Notes: generated by a model from the letters alone, not told the origin. Counted from the first letter of the stretch, positions 51,417 through 62,524 are shown. The stretch is 64,000 nucleotides of DNA from an uncultured archaeon (GCA_964486045.1 CAZALK010000003.1:64001-128000), one strand, 5' to 3'. Made by a program: numbers and translations.

Positions 51417-52460
51417 GTGATTTATAAATTGATTGAAACAAATATAACTAAAATGTTTGGGATAAAACACCCAATCTTCAGTGCTCCAATGGGACCTTTT
51501 TACACTCGTGACTTGGCTTTAGCGGTATGTGAAGCAGGTGGTTTGGGTGTGTTGTCTAATGTTAACATAGTAGGGACAGATCCTGTAAAAGAACACATAG
51601 CTAGCATAGAATACATGATTGAACACACTGATAAACCATTCGGGCTTAATTTTCTTACTTCTCGGAATAATCGAGGAGTCAAAGAAATGGTAACGGATGT
51701 ACCTAAAATGGTTATGAACAATCCAAAGATGAGAGAACAGTGTGTGTACTGGTTAACTTCAGCTGGTTCTTCAAAAATTTTACCTTCTTCTAAAAATTGG
51801 CAAGAATTAAAGGAAAAATCGGAAGCAAAACACTTTCATGTAGCCCCCGCTTTATGGTTAGCACAAAAATGTGTGGATGCCCAAGTAGATGGAATTGTAG
51901 CCACGGGTACTGAAGGAGGAGGCCATCAATCTTATGAAAAAGTCTCTACCATGGTTTTATTACAACAACTTAATGAAGCTTTTCCAGATTTACCCAAGAT
52001 AGCATGCGGAGGTTTTGCTACTGGAGAAGGTTTAGCTGCCGCCTTATCACTTGGAGCAGGAGCTATAGCTATGGGATCGCGATTTATTGCTTCAAAACAA
52101 TCGGAATTCCATGAAGCCTACAAAGGGTTAATCCCTCAAGGTAAACCACAAGATACAGGGCTTTTCACTGGATCATTCGGTCCTATTCGCCTATTCAAAA
52201 ACAAGTATGCTTTAAGCCACCCCGCACCTCAAACTAAAGAAGATATGATAGCCTATGAAAAATCGTTAACACCTGAGGTATTAGCACGTGATGCAGGCGC
52301 TTATGATAGAGTTTATAATGGGGATGTTGAAAATGGAGCAGTTCTGCTAGGCCAATCAATCGGTATTATTAATAGTATTGACGATGTGAGAGACATTATT
52401 GATCGGGTAGTGAAAGGGGCAGTTGCTTCAATAAAACGTAACCAATCTAGGCTAAATTAG
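51417..52460 (+). CDS. Nitronate monooxygenase/FabK-like flavoprotein
   Basis: PIFSAPM, GTEGGGHQ, IACGG, MGSRF; close paralog of 41426..42505. Confidence 0.92.
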   Translation: MIYKLIETNITKMFGIKHPIFSAPMGPFYTRDLALAVCEAGGLGVLSNVNIVGTDPVKEHIASIEYMIEHTDKPFGLNFLTSRNNRGVKEMVTDVPKMVMNNPKMREQCVYWLTSAGSSKILPSSKNWQELKEKSEAKHFHVAPALWLAQKCVDAQVDGIVATGTEGGGHQSYEKVSTMVLLQQLNEAFPDLPKIACGGFATGEGLAAALSLGAGAIAMGSRFIASKQSEFHEAYKGLIPQGKPQDTGLFTGSFGPIRLFKNKYALSHPAPQTKEDMIAYEKSLTPEVLARDAGAYDRVYNGDVENGAVLLGQSIGIINSIDDVRDIIDRVVKGAVASIKRNQSRLN

Positions 52461-52509
52461 GGAAAAAGGCATTTATTTCTTGATTTTTTTTTTTTTTTCT
52501 TTATGAAGA

Positions 52510-52944
52510 TCAAAAAGTAAATCCTTTTAATTTTAAAATTTCTTGTTTTAAATCGGTAGGAATGACCGCTTTTTTTTTTTCCTGATAATTATACCATACT
52601 ATATGAGCCCCCCCTTTAGCGGCTATTCGATTTAATTTTTTACTCATTATAGAATGGTGTATTATTATTTTAGATTCCTCAACACCTTCAATTTTTGCAC
52701 CAACATAAATAATGTCTGGGTATGTTAATGGTGCTTTATAGATGCAATCTTGATACGATAAAATAGGCGCGATAAGGGCTGTTGTAGGTTCTTTATAAAC
52801 ATTTAATAATTCAAATAATGCTATCCGTGAACTTTCGAAATATCTATAATATACTGTATTATTAACATGCCCCCTGGCATCCATATCTCCCCATCGGACG
52901 GGCATCTCCAATATTATAGGGAAATCTTTTAAAATTTCGGTCAT
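52510..52944 (-). CDS. Acyl-CoA thioesterase (4HBT/FadM-like)
   Basis: VRWGDMDA.GHVNN.VY.RYFE..R. Confidence 0.92.
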   Translation of the reverse strand: MTEILKDFPIILEMPVRWGDMDARGHVNNTVYYRYFESSRIALFELLNVYKEPTTALIAPILSYQDCIYKAPLTYPDIIYVGAKIEGVEESKIIIHHSIMSKKLNRIAAKGGAHIVWYNYQEKKKAVIPTDLKQEILKLKGFTF

Positions 52945-53020
52945 ATCTTAGTCTCATATCAATTAATTATCAAAATAAATAGAAATTATGCTTTAAAAAT
53001 TAGGAATAAATAAAAAAATT

Positions 53021-53992
53021 TTATAAAATTGTTTTTAACCTATTGATAACATCTTCAGCTTCTTTCATTATACGATCTAATAACTCTTTAGCGGTAGGAA
53101 TATCCTTAACTAAACCTACACCTTGACCGCATGAGACAATACCTACGTCCAAATCGCCTTCTTTGTACATTTTTCTTGCGTTTTCACCCGAAGCTACTTT
53201 TATTATTTCTTGGAGTGGTGCTTTTTGAGATTCTAATTCAAGGATTTTTTCAGCAGCTTTATTCTTCCAGAATCTATGAGAGTTCCGAATACTTCTCATA
53301 GCGATTGTCGTGTCCGTTTCCGTTGCTTGAACAAAAGCTTGTTTTAGGTTATCATGCAAAGGACATTCCTTAGTCGCCATCATTCGAGTTCCCATTATCA
53401 CTCCTTCAGCACCAAGTGCAAGAACTGCAGCAATACCCCGACCATCGGTAATTCCCCCCCCAGCGATTACTGGAACATCTATAGCATCTACAACACTAGG
53501 TGTCATCACAAGAGTACCAATGTCTAGAGTTCCTGTTGCTCCACCATTTTCATATCCAACTACTGTAATAATATCAGCACCCAAAGAAGCACCTGTTTTA
53601 GCATATCTGACACCTGCGCACTTATGAATCCAAGTAGCGCCACCGTCCTTAAATTTAGGGACCAAATCTGCGGGCGCTTTATGACCACTTGTTTCGATTA
53701 TTTTCACACCTTCATCAAGAGTCGCGCCAACATATAGTTCCAATTTCTCTTGTGGCATCATGGCAGGAAAAAGGTTTATGTTTACAGCAAAAGGTTTATC
53801 AGTTAGTGATTGTGTTTTTTTAATTGCTTCCCGTAACTCATCAGGTGTTTGGTAATTTGCACTTGCCAATACTGCGCAAGCACCAGCATTACTTACCGCA
53901 GCAACAAATTCAGGATTGGAGATATTAGCCATCGTCCCAGAAATTATAGGATATTTACAACCTAACATTTCAGTTACTTTCGTTTTAATCAT
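53021..53992 (-). CDS. Nitronate monooxygenase/FabK-like flavoprotein
   Basis: YPII.G.M, PVIAGGGI.DGRG.AA.LALGAEGV.MGTR. Confidence 0.92.
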   Translation of the reverse strand: MIKTKVTEMLGCKYPIISGTMANISNPEFVAAVSNAGACAVLASANYQTPDELREAIKKTQSLTDKPFAVNINLFPAMMPQEKLELYVGATLDEGVKIIETSGHKAPADLVPKFKDGGATWIHKCAGVRYAKTGASLGADIITVVGYENGGATGTLDIGTLVMTPSVVDAIDVPVIAGGGITDGRGIAAVLALGAEGVIMGTRMMATKECPLHDNLKQAFVQATETDTTIAMRSIRNSHRFWKNKAAEKILELESQKAPLQEIIKVASGENARKMYKEGDLDVGIVSCGQGVGLVKDIPTAKELLDRIMKEAEDVINRLKTIL

Positions 53993-54125
53993 GAGTTTTC
54001 CCTTTAAAATTAGTTAATTATAGATTAATATTTCACCATTCGATTTATATTTCATTAAAAAAAATATATAATCATTACAAATATTAAAAAATTCAAGATT
54101 CTATAAATGGAGGTTAACGTTAAAG

Positions 54126-54959
54126 ATGGATTACAAATTAATAATTTTTGATGTTTCTGGTCAGATAGCAACTATTACTCTCAACAGACCAGAGCGTCTT
54201 AATGCTTGGACTTATGAGATGAGCATTGAGATATGGGATGCGTTAATGAAAGTAGAAAATGATCCTAATTTAAGAGTGACAATAATCACTGGTGCTGGGA
54301 GAGGATTTTGTGCTGGAGCAGATTTATCGAGTGGTGGTACAACATTTGATGGATCTAATCGCCCTCGTGAGGAAGATGAAAGAAGGAGACGCGAGGGAAG
54401 CCTAATTAGGCGATATTTCTCATTAAAAAAGCCTGTCATTGTGGCAATAAACGGACCTGTTGTTGGAGTAGGAGTAACATTCATATTACCATTCGATATT
54501 CGAATCGCCGCTGAGAGTGCTCGTATAGGAATAGTATTTAATCGACGGGGTGTCATTCCAGAGATTGCCTGTCCCTGGATTTTACCTAGAATCATTGGAA
54601 TTAGTAAAGCTGCTGAGTTAATGTATACTGGTAGAATTGTAAATGCTAAAGAAGCTCTGGAATTTGGACTAGTAAGTCGAGTAGTACCTGACGATAAACT
54701 TATGGATACTGCACGAGAGATTGCTGAAGAAATATTGTTAAGTGCTCCTGTAAGTGTTGCTCTAACAAAGAGCATGTTATATCAATTCCTTACTGAAACC
54801 GATATTGATAAAGCAGAAAGGATAAATCATCAGTATTTTGGGTGGACTGGTACACAACCTGATGCACGCGAAGGAGTAGTCTCTTTCCTTCAAAAAAGAA
54901 AACCTGAATGGAAATTGAAAGTACCTGGAGATTTACCAGATTTTTTCCCGTTAGAATGA
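54126..54959 (+). CDS. Enoyl-CoA hydratase/isomerase family
   Basis: ITLNRPERLNA, FCAGADL, KPVIVAING..VG.G and PE motifs. Confidence 0.95.
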   Translation: MDYKLIIFDVSGQIATITLNRPERLNAWTYEMSIEIWDALMKVENDPNLRVTIITGAGRGFCAGADLSSGGTTFDGSNRPREEDERRRREGSLIRRYFSLKKPVIVAINGPVVGVGVTFILPFDIRIAAESARIGIVFNRRGVIPEIACPWILPRIIGISKAAELMYTGRIVNAKEALEFGLVSRVVPDDKLMDTAREIAEEILLSAPVSVALTKSMLYQFLTETDIDKAERINHQYFGWTGTQPDAREGVVSFLQKRKPEWKLKVPGDLPDFFPLE

Positions 54960-54999
54960 ATTTATTCTGGAAAAAAAAAAAATTCTTTTTTTTGGCTGA

Positions 55000-55404
55000 C
55001 TATTCTCTTGATTTATTATAATAATTGTAAAAATATAGATTGAAAACAATTAGTATGATTAAAATTACATTATAACACCAGATAACAATTATGGATATTA
55101 TCGGTGCAGGAATAAAAATCAAAACAATAATATTTAGGATTGAAATCATTAATTGCCAGGTAATTATAAACCCAAAAATAATTTTTATATGTTCCCATTT
55201 CTTTTTCTTAATTGATAATAAGGCGAAAGATGAAATAATTAAGAAAGTTCCTCCGAATACCCAAGAATGATAAGGATCGTAAAATGGCCATTGAATAAGA
55301 TATAAATATGCATATGGGATTACCAGATATAGGAAAGCGATTATAAAACCTACAATAGCGTTTATTACTAATAAGATTTTCATACTTTTTGTTATTTCTA
55401 CCAT
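55000..55404 (-). CDS. Hypothetical 4-TM membrane protein
   Basis: Hydrophobic ORF with WP.YDP loop. Confidence 0.75.
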   Translation of the reverse strand: MVEITKSMKILLVINAIVGFIIAFLYLVIPYAYLYLIQWPFYDPYHSWVFGGTFLIISSFALLSIKKKKWEHIKIIFGFIITWQLMISILNIIVLIFIPAPIISIIVIWCYNVILIILIVFNLYFYNYYNKSRE

Positions 55405-55458
55405 TTGTTTTTCATCTCATTTTGTTTTATTCGTCTTAATTAGAATTATTTTACAAAT

Positions 55459-56580
55459 TTATAGTGTTGCAGGTAAAATGTAAGAATCTAGCAAATATAA
55501 GGCAAAATTGAATTGCAAATTCATACCAGTGAAAACAACTACTAAATTCTCTTCAGGAAACACATTGATCTGCTGTTCACCATATCCCAATGCTCGGAAA
55601 CTATCATAATCTGGTGTAATCCACCATTGATACCCATACTCGGTATTTGGACCGATAATAATCTTTGAAGTAGTTGACAATTTAACCCAATTTCGTGATA
55701 TTATCTGCTTTCCTTCCCAATTACCCTCCTTAAGGAATATTTGCCCAATTTTGGCCATATCTCGAGCGGTTATAAACAGTCCATCACCGCCTGCAGCTAC
55801 ACCTTGTGGATCCACGAGCCAATTCGCATCCAAAATAGACAATGGTCCAAATAAGTATTTATTAGCAAAATCAATAGTAGACATATTAGTTGCTCTTTCC
55901 AAAATTGCTGTTAGTAAATGGGATGCACCGGTATTATAATTAAAAACGAGACCCGGAGCTGAACTCATTTGTCTATTAAGAACAAATTCGACGTGATCTT
56001 CACTTGCTTTCCATGTATTATATGGATTTCGATTATCTTCGTACGGGTAATATTCAGGCCAAAATAAACCCGTTGTCATGGTTAATAAATGTTCAATTGT
56101 CATTGATTCCTTCTGAGCATTAATATTTGTAATGTTTTTATCAGGAAAGTAATCGAGGACTAATTCATTTATACTTTCAATATATCCCTTATCAATAGCA
56201 ATTCCGATTAAGGTAGATGTAACACTTTTAGAAACGGAATATACTCTAAAGTTATAATCTTTATGAAAAAACTGCTCATACCATTCAGTCACAATAAAGC
56301 CATTTCTTATTACGAGTATACTATAAACATAATAATTCTGATTTTCAACATCATTCAACATATCTCTCAACACATCTGAATCCATTTGAACAAGTTCAGG
56401 TATTATCGTATTCCAATATTCTGCCGAATTAATTCTTGCTAAAAGAACCCATCCAGGAAGAACCCCCCCGGTTCCAAGAATTATGATTATAATTGGGATC
56501 CCTATTTGTTTAAACCTGTTCTTATCATCTCTTGACATTTTCGGTAAGATTGATTCTTTTGAGAAAGATTTTTGATGCAA
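55459..56580 (-). CDS. Beta-lactamase-like serine hydrolase (AmpC/6-aminohexanoate-dimer hydrolase family), N-terminal TM
   Basis: SVSKS, HLLTMTTG, F.YNT and YGYQWW motifs. Confidence 0.92.
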   Translation of the reverse strand: MHQKSFSKESILPKMSRDDKNRFKQIGIPIIIIILGTGGVLPGWVLLARINSAEYWNTIIPELVQMDSDVLRDMLNDVENQNYYVYSILVIRNGFIVTEWYEQFFHKDYNFRVYSVSKSVTSTLIGIAIDKGYIESINELVLDYFPDKNITNINAQKESMTIEHLLTMTTGLFWPEYYPYEDNRNPYNTWKASEDHVEFVLNRQMSSAPGLVFNYNTGASHLLTAILERATNMSTIDFANKYLFGPLSILDANWLVDPQGVAAGGDGLFITARDMAKIGQIFLKEGNWEGKQIISRNWVKLSTTSKIIIGPNTEYGYQWWITPDYDSFRALGYGEQQINVFPEENLVVVFTGMNLQFNFALYLLDSYILPATL

Positions 56581-56780
56581 TTTTATTTTGTAGGTGAGTG
56601 AAATTTTGTATTAGCATATAATAATTTTATTTACAAATATTTGACAATTCAAAATAAGCGAAAAAACAGTTGTAGATTATGATTCATCAAACCAAAACAG
56701 ACATAAAATTGCATGAAAAAACTTTATTAGTTTTATATACTATTGATTTTAGGATTAACTTCAAGACAAGGTAGATTAAA

Positions 56781-57482
56781 ATTCCCGCTCAAAGAACTTC
56801 AAGAAAGTTGTCATTACTTTTATTAATCTTAGTTATATTAGTAGGGGTTGTTATCTATCAAATTGTAAATGTTTTTATTTTTTATAACACGAGTGAATTT
56901 GGCACTCATAGGGGCTATACTATAAATTATAGTCAAGGTTCTGGGAGATTGCGCGTAGATTTTATACTAAGCCATGACAAAGAGGATGATTTTTATGGAG
57001 ACATACTCTTACGAGCGACTTCCACTGGAGATGTAGAAGAAATTGGAGTAACTTATTTTACTTGCGACGTTTTTGTGGATGAGCTATATAGATTTACTAG
57101 AACAGGAATTATTATTGATCCATTAACAACTTATCAAAGTACGTTTTATGTTCTTGGTATCGGTAAGGGCACTCTTACTACATGTGAGGGTAGAGTTGAT
57201 GTATCCTTTAATGTTAATAATATTATTCAAAATGAGACAATTAATTTTGAAATAGCAATTATAATGCCTGTTGATCTTGCGCAAAGATTTTTTGAGCATA
57301 ATTTGACAGGAGTTGGGATTGAAGTTGCTCTTATCATCGCCCTGGTAGCTATTTTCGCTTTAATATCAATGACAATTAAAAGGTTAAGATACGAAGTTGT
57401 GTACCCAGAAAAGGAGAAGAAAAGAGATGAGAAATTCTGGAAATACATTCGGGAAAAAGCAGAAGAACAAAAACAGGCATGA
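56781..57482 (+). CDS. Hypothetical 2-TM membrane protein (ATT 56781 or TTG 56808 start)
   Basis: N- and C-terminal TM with beta-rich ectodomain; AAGGT SD lies before ATT. Confidence 0.7.
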   Translation: MPAQRTSRKLSLLLLILVILVGVVIYQIVNVFIFYNTSEFGTHRGYTINYSQGSGRLRVDFILSHDKEDDFYGDILLRATSTGDVEEIGVTYFTCDVFVDELYRFTRTGIIIDPLTTYQSTFYVLGIGKGTLTTCEGRVDVSFNVNNIIQNETINFEIAIIMPVDLAQRFFEHNLTGVGIEVALIIALVAIFALISMTIKRLRYEVVYPEKEKKRDEKFWKYIREKAEEQKQA

Positions 57483-57898
57483 AAAAAGTAGCTAGAATTA
57501 GTATAACAGAATTTAACTATATCATAAGACTTTAACGGGGGGTTTTTTCGACAACATAACTCCCCCTTAGCAAGGTCATAAAGATATATATTATTCGATA
57601 TCTATAAGTTCATAACGTTCATTATGAATTTCGAGAAGATGTATTGTTACTTAGATATATAATACTATTGGTAGATTAACAGCGATATGAAAAGACACTA
57701 TTAGTAATAACAGAATTTATACTAAAATAGAAGTTGGTTTAATTGACGCATTGAAATATTCCCTCATAGAGTAATGAACAATAATACAGAAGCAATGGAT
57801 TCCTTCGAGTGTTCATTAATATCTCCTCTATTTTTCTACTTTTTAATAATTTATACTTGAAAATAATAATAGAATAAAAAAAATATTAAAAATTAACC

Positions 57899-60800
57899 TT
57901 AAGATACAATTATCAAACTTTCTTCAGAAGTATAGATAGTTATACTATCAACAATTAAAAGCCATTTAAATCTGATGATGATATCAGTTGTGTAACTATT
58001 AACAAATCCGCTTAAGATTATTCCTTCACCAGAATATAGAGTAGTGTTAATTAAGGTAAAATTAATTCCTGAGTAAAGACCATAGTTGAAAGTGGCATTT
58101 TCCAGAGGGTAAAGATTTGGGGAAACTGAAATGTTAAAATTTCCTCCTCCTTCTCTGTAAAGCGATAGATTTACTTGTACACTGAGTCCCGGAGCTAAAA
58201 GTGTTTCATTAAAATTCTCGAGTTCTATTCTAAAGCTTGCAAGATCGTCAGGTAAAATCATCGAATTTTCCAAATTAAAATTGTAAATAATAGGTACTAT
58301 GTTGACAACTACAGTTATGTTGTTTGAAGTTGAATTTCCAAAGATGCTTGATGCATTTATGTAAAATTCGTAGTTACCAGATCCTAACTGTGAGATTGAA
58401 TAAGTAGTTTGCGAATTAGACAAATCTGGAATGAATAGGCTATTATTTCTATAGATTGAATATGTTTCTGCTTTATAAGATTCAGTCCAACTCAATACAA
58501 AATTCCCGTCAATGTCCGGATTATCAGCATTAGTTGTTAATATAAATGGCCTAGAAACGCCTATGATTTCTGTGTTTGAAGTTCTATTTCCAATATCATT
58601 TGAAGCTTCTATGTAATAAGCGTAGTCTCCTGTTCCCAACTCTGAGATTAAATAAGTAGTTTGTGAGCTAGGCAAATCTTGAATTAATAGGCTATTATTT
58701 CTATAGATTGAATATGTATCTGCTCTCAGAGATGTAGTCCAATTCAATACGAAGTTCCCGTCAATGTCCGGGTTATCTGCATCAGTTGTCAATATAAACG
58801 TCCCAGGTCCAATGTTACCTACATTATTATACGCTTCAATAGCCTCTGATCCATATCCTACATTCCTAGTGAAAGCTTCTACAAATCCTGCTAATTTTAA
58901 CTGTTGTAAACCTCCAGCTGTACTATATGTTGGGATATAATAGTAAACTGAACCTCCAAGAGGATATAAAAGAGTATTACCGTTTCTGGCTCCAGAAATT
59001 AAAGAAATTTCTTGTGTTGCTTCAGTTTCATATGTATCCCTTGCTGTTTTAGGGCCAATCAAGTTTTCAGTTGAGTTCCTAGTATGATAAAAAATAGCTT
59101 CCCCAAAATTCGTACCATGCCTTATAACATACATTCCGGCTAGAGTCCTTGCTTCTGCTCCTCTATACTCCACTAAATCTAATCCCACATACTCTATCCC
59201 GTCTCCAAGGTTCGTCTCGATATAGAAGAGATCTCCATTTTCTGGTCTTTCATGAAAATCGTCTCCTCTCTTCCATGTCGTTAAATCTTGGACGTGATAC
59301 TTGTAATTTGCTTCTAACTGTAATTCGAACAAGCTTTCAGGATATCTTAACTGGCTTTTTAACCAATCTGGAGCAACTTTCCAATCGTAAACTTTCGTGT
59401 AATATTCCCAAAGAGGATATGTCGGATCTGAGCTTGCATCAATTCCTTCTAAACTGGGATTTTCATAAAATTCTATATTGCCCGTTTTCACATCAATTAA
59501 ACTAATTCCTAAAAATCGTAATATGGGAGAATTTGCATATGATCCAATATTTATTGTTGTGAAAATTGAAACTGCATAATACACCTTTTGTTCTTCAGTG
59601 TCAAAAACTAAATAGGGATCATAATCTATACTTAATTGAGGTAAAAGTATGTTTCTTACACGGTTTTTCACATTTCTATTAATTAAAAATTCTTTTCCAC
59701 CTGCTTCAAAGACATAACCCCATAATCCTAAATTTACTGTATACCAGAATGCATCTAAACCTGCTAGTGTCCCGTCTGGATCACCCTCATAAACAAACTT
59801 ATTGTTAGGAATTCCGCCACTCCATTGAGTCCCGAGGAGGATAGAATTATCATAAGCGCCTAAACCTCCACTAGATTCTTGTTGTTCTATAAATTTCGGA
59901 CTCTCAGATTCACCGAAAAATATTGGATAATCTTCTGGGATATTGAAAGTTGTGCTTACGTTGACTAGTTGTCCGGTAAATGTATCTAATGCTAAGAATC
60001 CCTCAACATGATCATATAACTCAGTATTTGTTTTTACTGGATCTCCCGAAAATTGGGACATTCTAATAGTTTTCGGAGCTACCCAATATTCTGATCCATT
60101 TATATAAACTATATCTGAATCTGCTAAACCTTCAAATGTCGTACCTATTTTTGCTGCTAAACTTTGCACTGCAAAATCTTGATCAAATTGTCGAATACGT
60201 GAGATCATTTGGGTATCATTTTCAGGATTAGATGATAGTGCAAAATTTTCAATGGAACGTTCTTCAAACATACTTAATCCTGCAGTTGCTCGTGTCCACT
60301 CTATTTCCCTTTGGATTTTTTTTGTCCATTGATATTCAGAATAAACTGATTCATTACTTATTGTTATCGCTGGACCTAAGCTAAAAAACGCTGGTAATAA
60401 TATAACGATAATAATTGCAGTTGCTAGTATCCCCATCTTTATACTTCTGGGATTTATTATCATCCCTTTAGTAGGATTTCGTGACAATGTTATGCGTCCG
60501 TAAATATATACTGAAATACCTAATACTGTGAGAATAAAAAATGCTAAAATTAGAGACCACATTTGCATTACTTGAATCCCATCTAAAGCAAAGGAAGGTA
60601 ATGTAAAGAAAATCAAACCAAAAATTAAGCCACTCATTATCAATGCGTTTGTAGCTATATTAAAATCATTTCTTTTCAAATAATAGTTACTTGCGATGTT
60701 GAGTATCAATCTGAAAATAAAAACTCCGAAAATAAAGTAGATCAAAGGCAAATACAATCTCGTATAGACGAAAATAAATTCAATATTCATGTTATTGGTG

Positions 60801-61468
60801 TTTAAAAGCACATCAAGGGCATCGGTAAATATAGTAAGTGGTGATAATGATATTTCTCCATTTTCAAATAAATACAAAACCCATGAGAACTGACCATCAA
60901 AATCAAGTACCATACCTATAAAATAAAACATTATAAATCCGGCTGTCCACCAGAAAATTAAAGATTTTATCCGAGAAGGTTTACCAAATCTTAACCGAGT
61001 ACCGATTATCGTTAATAGATTACGATTGGGTGGTAAGCTCATTATTATGCAGCCAATAATTGCCCCAGTTAAAGCTGTCTTATTAAGAAGGAAATTAATT
61101 GACCAGAAATTTAGAAAGTAAAAATCATAATAATTCAACCCACCAGCCTTATTCGCGTAGAGTTGCGCATTTAAATAAATTGGTCCGAACCATGCAGGCC
61201 AGAACCAGAAGAACGATAAAATTACGATGATAATCACTATAGCAGGAATAATATATTTGAGATATTTTTTCACACGTGGTTTCTTTTTAAACCAATTAGA
61301 TTCTAGAAACTTCCTTCTATGAGGTTTATATGGAATTTCATCATTATCGAGCTCTCCTCGTTCTAAGAGCTTAACTTTCTGTTGTATTTCATATTTTCTA
61401 TTTGCTTCTTGGCAATCTTCGCAATAATGATTAAATTTCTCATGTTTTTCACAGGATTTTTTTACCAT
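57899..61468 (-). CDS. UPF0182-family membrane protein with duplicated FN3-like C-terminal domains
   Basis: Multi-TM N-half; TR.TAGL, Y.H..G, DPYLV, LRYPE.LF..Q and KYH motifs; two 84-aa repeats. Confidence 0.85.
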   Translation of the reverse strand: MVKKSCEKHEKFNHYCEDCQEANRKYEIQQKVKLLERGELDNDEIPYKPHRRKFLESNWFKKKPRVKKYLKYIIPAIVIIIVILSFFWFWPAWFGPIYLNAQLYANKAGGLNYYDFYFLNFWSINFLLNKTALTGAIIGCIIMSLPPNRNLLTIIGTRLRFGKPSRIKSLIFWWTAGFIMFYFIGMVLDFDGQFSWVLYLFENGEISLSPLTIFTDALDVLLNTNNMNIEFIFVYTRLYLPLIYFIFGVFIFRLILNIASNYYLKRNDFNIATNALIMSGLIFGLIFFTLPSFALDGIQVMQMWSLILAFFILTVLGISVYIYGRITLSRNPTKGMIINPRSIKMGILATAIIIVILLPAFFSLGPAITISNESVYSEYQWTKKIQREIEWTRATAGLSMFEERSIENFALSSNPENDTQMISRIRQFDQDFAVQSLAAKIGTTFEGLADSDIVYINGSEYWVAPKTIRMSQFSGDPVKTNTELYDHVEGFLALDTFTGQLVNVSTTFNIPEDYPIFFGESESPKFIEQQESSGGLGAYDNSILLGTQWSGGIPNNKFVYEGDPDGTLAGLDAFWYTVNLGLWGYVFEAGGKEFLINRNVKNRVRNILLPQLSIDYDPYLVFDTEEQKVYYAVSIFTTINIGSYANSPILRFLGISLIDVKTGNIEFYENPSLEGIDASSDPTYPLWEYYTKVYDWKVAPDWLKSQLRYPESLFELQLEANYKYHVQDLTTWKRGDDFHERPENGDLFYIETNLGDGIEYVGLDLVEYRGAEARTLAGMYVIRHGTNFGEAIFYHTRNSTENLIGPKTARDTYETEATQEISLISGARNGNTLLYPLGGSVYYYIPTYSTAGGLQQLKLAGFVEAFTRNVGYGSEAIEAYNNVGNIGPGTFILTTDADNPDIDGNFVLNWTTSLRADTYSIYRNNSLLIQDLPSSQTTYLISELGTGDYAYYIEASNDIGNRTSNTEIIGVSRPFILTTNADNPDIDGNFVLSWTESYKAETYSIYRNNSLFIPDLSNSQTTYSISQLGSGNYEFYINASSIFGNSTSNNITVVVNIVPIIYNFNLENSMILPDDLASFRIELENFNETLLAPGLSVQVNLSLYREGGGNFNISVSPNLYPLENATFNYGLYSGINFTLINTTLYSGEGIILSGFVNSYTTDIIIRFKWLLIVDSITIYTSEESLIIVS
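58300..58798 (-). repeat. Intragenic tandem duplication, 252-bp period
   Basis: FILTT(D/N)ADNPDIDGNFVL.WT.S..A.TYSIYRNNSL starting at 58798 and 58546. Confidence 0.9.
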
Positions 61469-61556
61469 AACTGTCCATCTTTTTATTTTGATATAAAAAT
61501 TAAAGACTTACTTAATTAATAAGAAAGATAATAGAATAAAAATTTGATTAGTAGAT

Positions 61557-62450
61557 TTAAGAAGTATTAATTTCATTCCTCTCAAAACCCCATTTTCTTA
61601 AGATTTTTTCAGCATTTGATATAATATTATCGATAAATTCGTTAATTGTAGTTTCTTCAGTTACATGCCCGACACTCATGGAACCAATAGGGCTGTCACG
61701 CAGCTCAAGATGGAAAATTTTCTTGTGAAATTTTTCATCAAATATATCTTGATGTAATACTTGATTTTTCCAAGATTCTGAAGCCGGACTTTCCTTTGTT
61801 GCCATGATAGAACTCCCAAAGCATACAGCATCAGCCCCCATTGCTAAAGCTGCAAGAAATCCCCGTGCATCGCCAATGCCCCCCGCTGCTATTAATGGAA
61901 TTTTAATTAGCTTTCTAGCCATTGTCATATTAATTAGTGTAGTATTTTGAGTTGGATTTTTAAATCCCGTACCCTCTAAGCCTACAATGGTTACCGCATC
62001 AGCACCTACTCTCTCTGCTGAAATGGCATGTCTTACTGTAGCGCTTTTATGGAACCATACACAACCAGCATTATGTACTCTTTCCCCTATCCTCGCAGCT
62101 TTATAAGCTGAGGTAGTAATAACCTTAACTCCTGCATCTAAAGCGATATCTACAAAGTCAAAATACGATTCTTCAGATTGAGATCGTCCACTCCTCTGCC
62201 TAACTTGAGGAGGCCATACTGTAAAATTCACACCGTAAGGCTTATTTGTCAATTGTTTCATCTTATCAATTTCTTCTTGAAATTCTTCGGGTGTCTTAAA
62301 ATTCAATGCTGTGATGATCCCTAATCCTCCGGCGTTAGAAAATGCTGCAGCAAATTCAGCCTTCCCTATTATTGCAAACGCGCCCATTATAATTGGATAT
62401 TCAGTATTCATCATTTTCGTTATTTTGGTAGTCCAAATCATTTTTATCAC
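61557..62450 (-). CDS. Nitronate monooxygenase/FabK-like flavoprotein
   Basis: YPII.G, AGGLG, PLIAAGGIGDARG..AALAMGA. Confidence 0.9.
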   Translation of the reverse strand: MIKMIWTTKITKMMNTEYPIIMGAFAIIGKAEFAAAFSNAGGLGIITALNFKTPEEFQEEIDKMKQLTNKPYGVNFTVWPPQVRQRSGRSQSEESYFDFVDIALDAGVKVITTSAYKAARIGERVHNAGCVWFHKSATVRHAISAERVGADAVTIVGLEGTGFKNPTQNTTLINMTMARKLIKIPLIAAGGIGDARGFLAALAMGADAVCFGSSIMATKESPASESWKNQVLHQDIFDEKFHKKIFHLELRDSPIGSMSVGHVTEETTINEFIDNIISNAEKILRKWGFERNEINTS

Positions 62451-62524
62451 GTTTTAAGATTTATTTTTTTAATTACTAATTCTTGTGGTTTAGTTTTTTT
62501 ATCCATTTTTCATGGTAAATTTTA

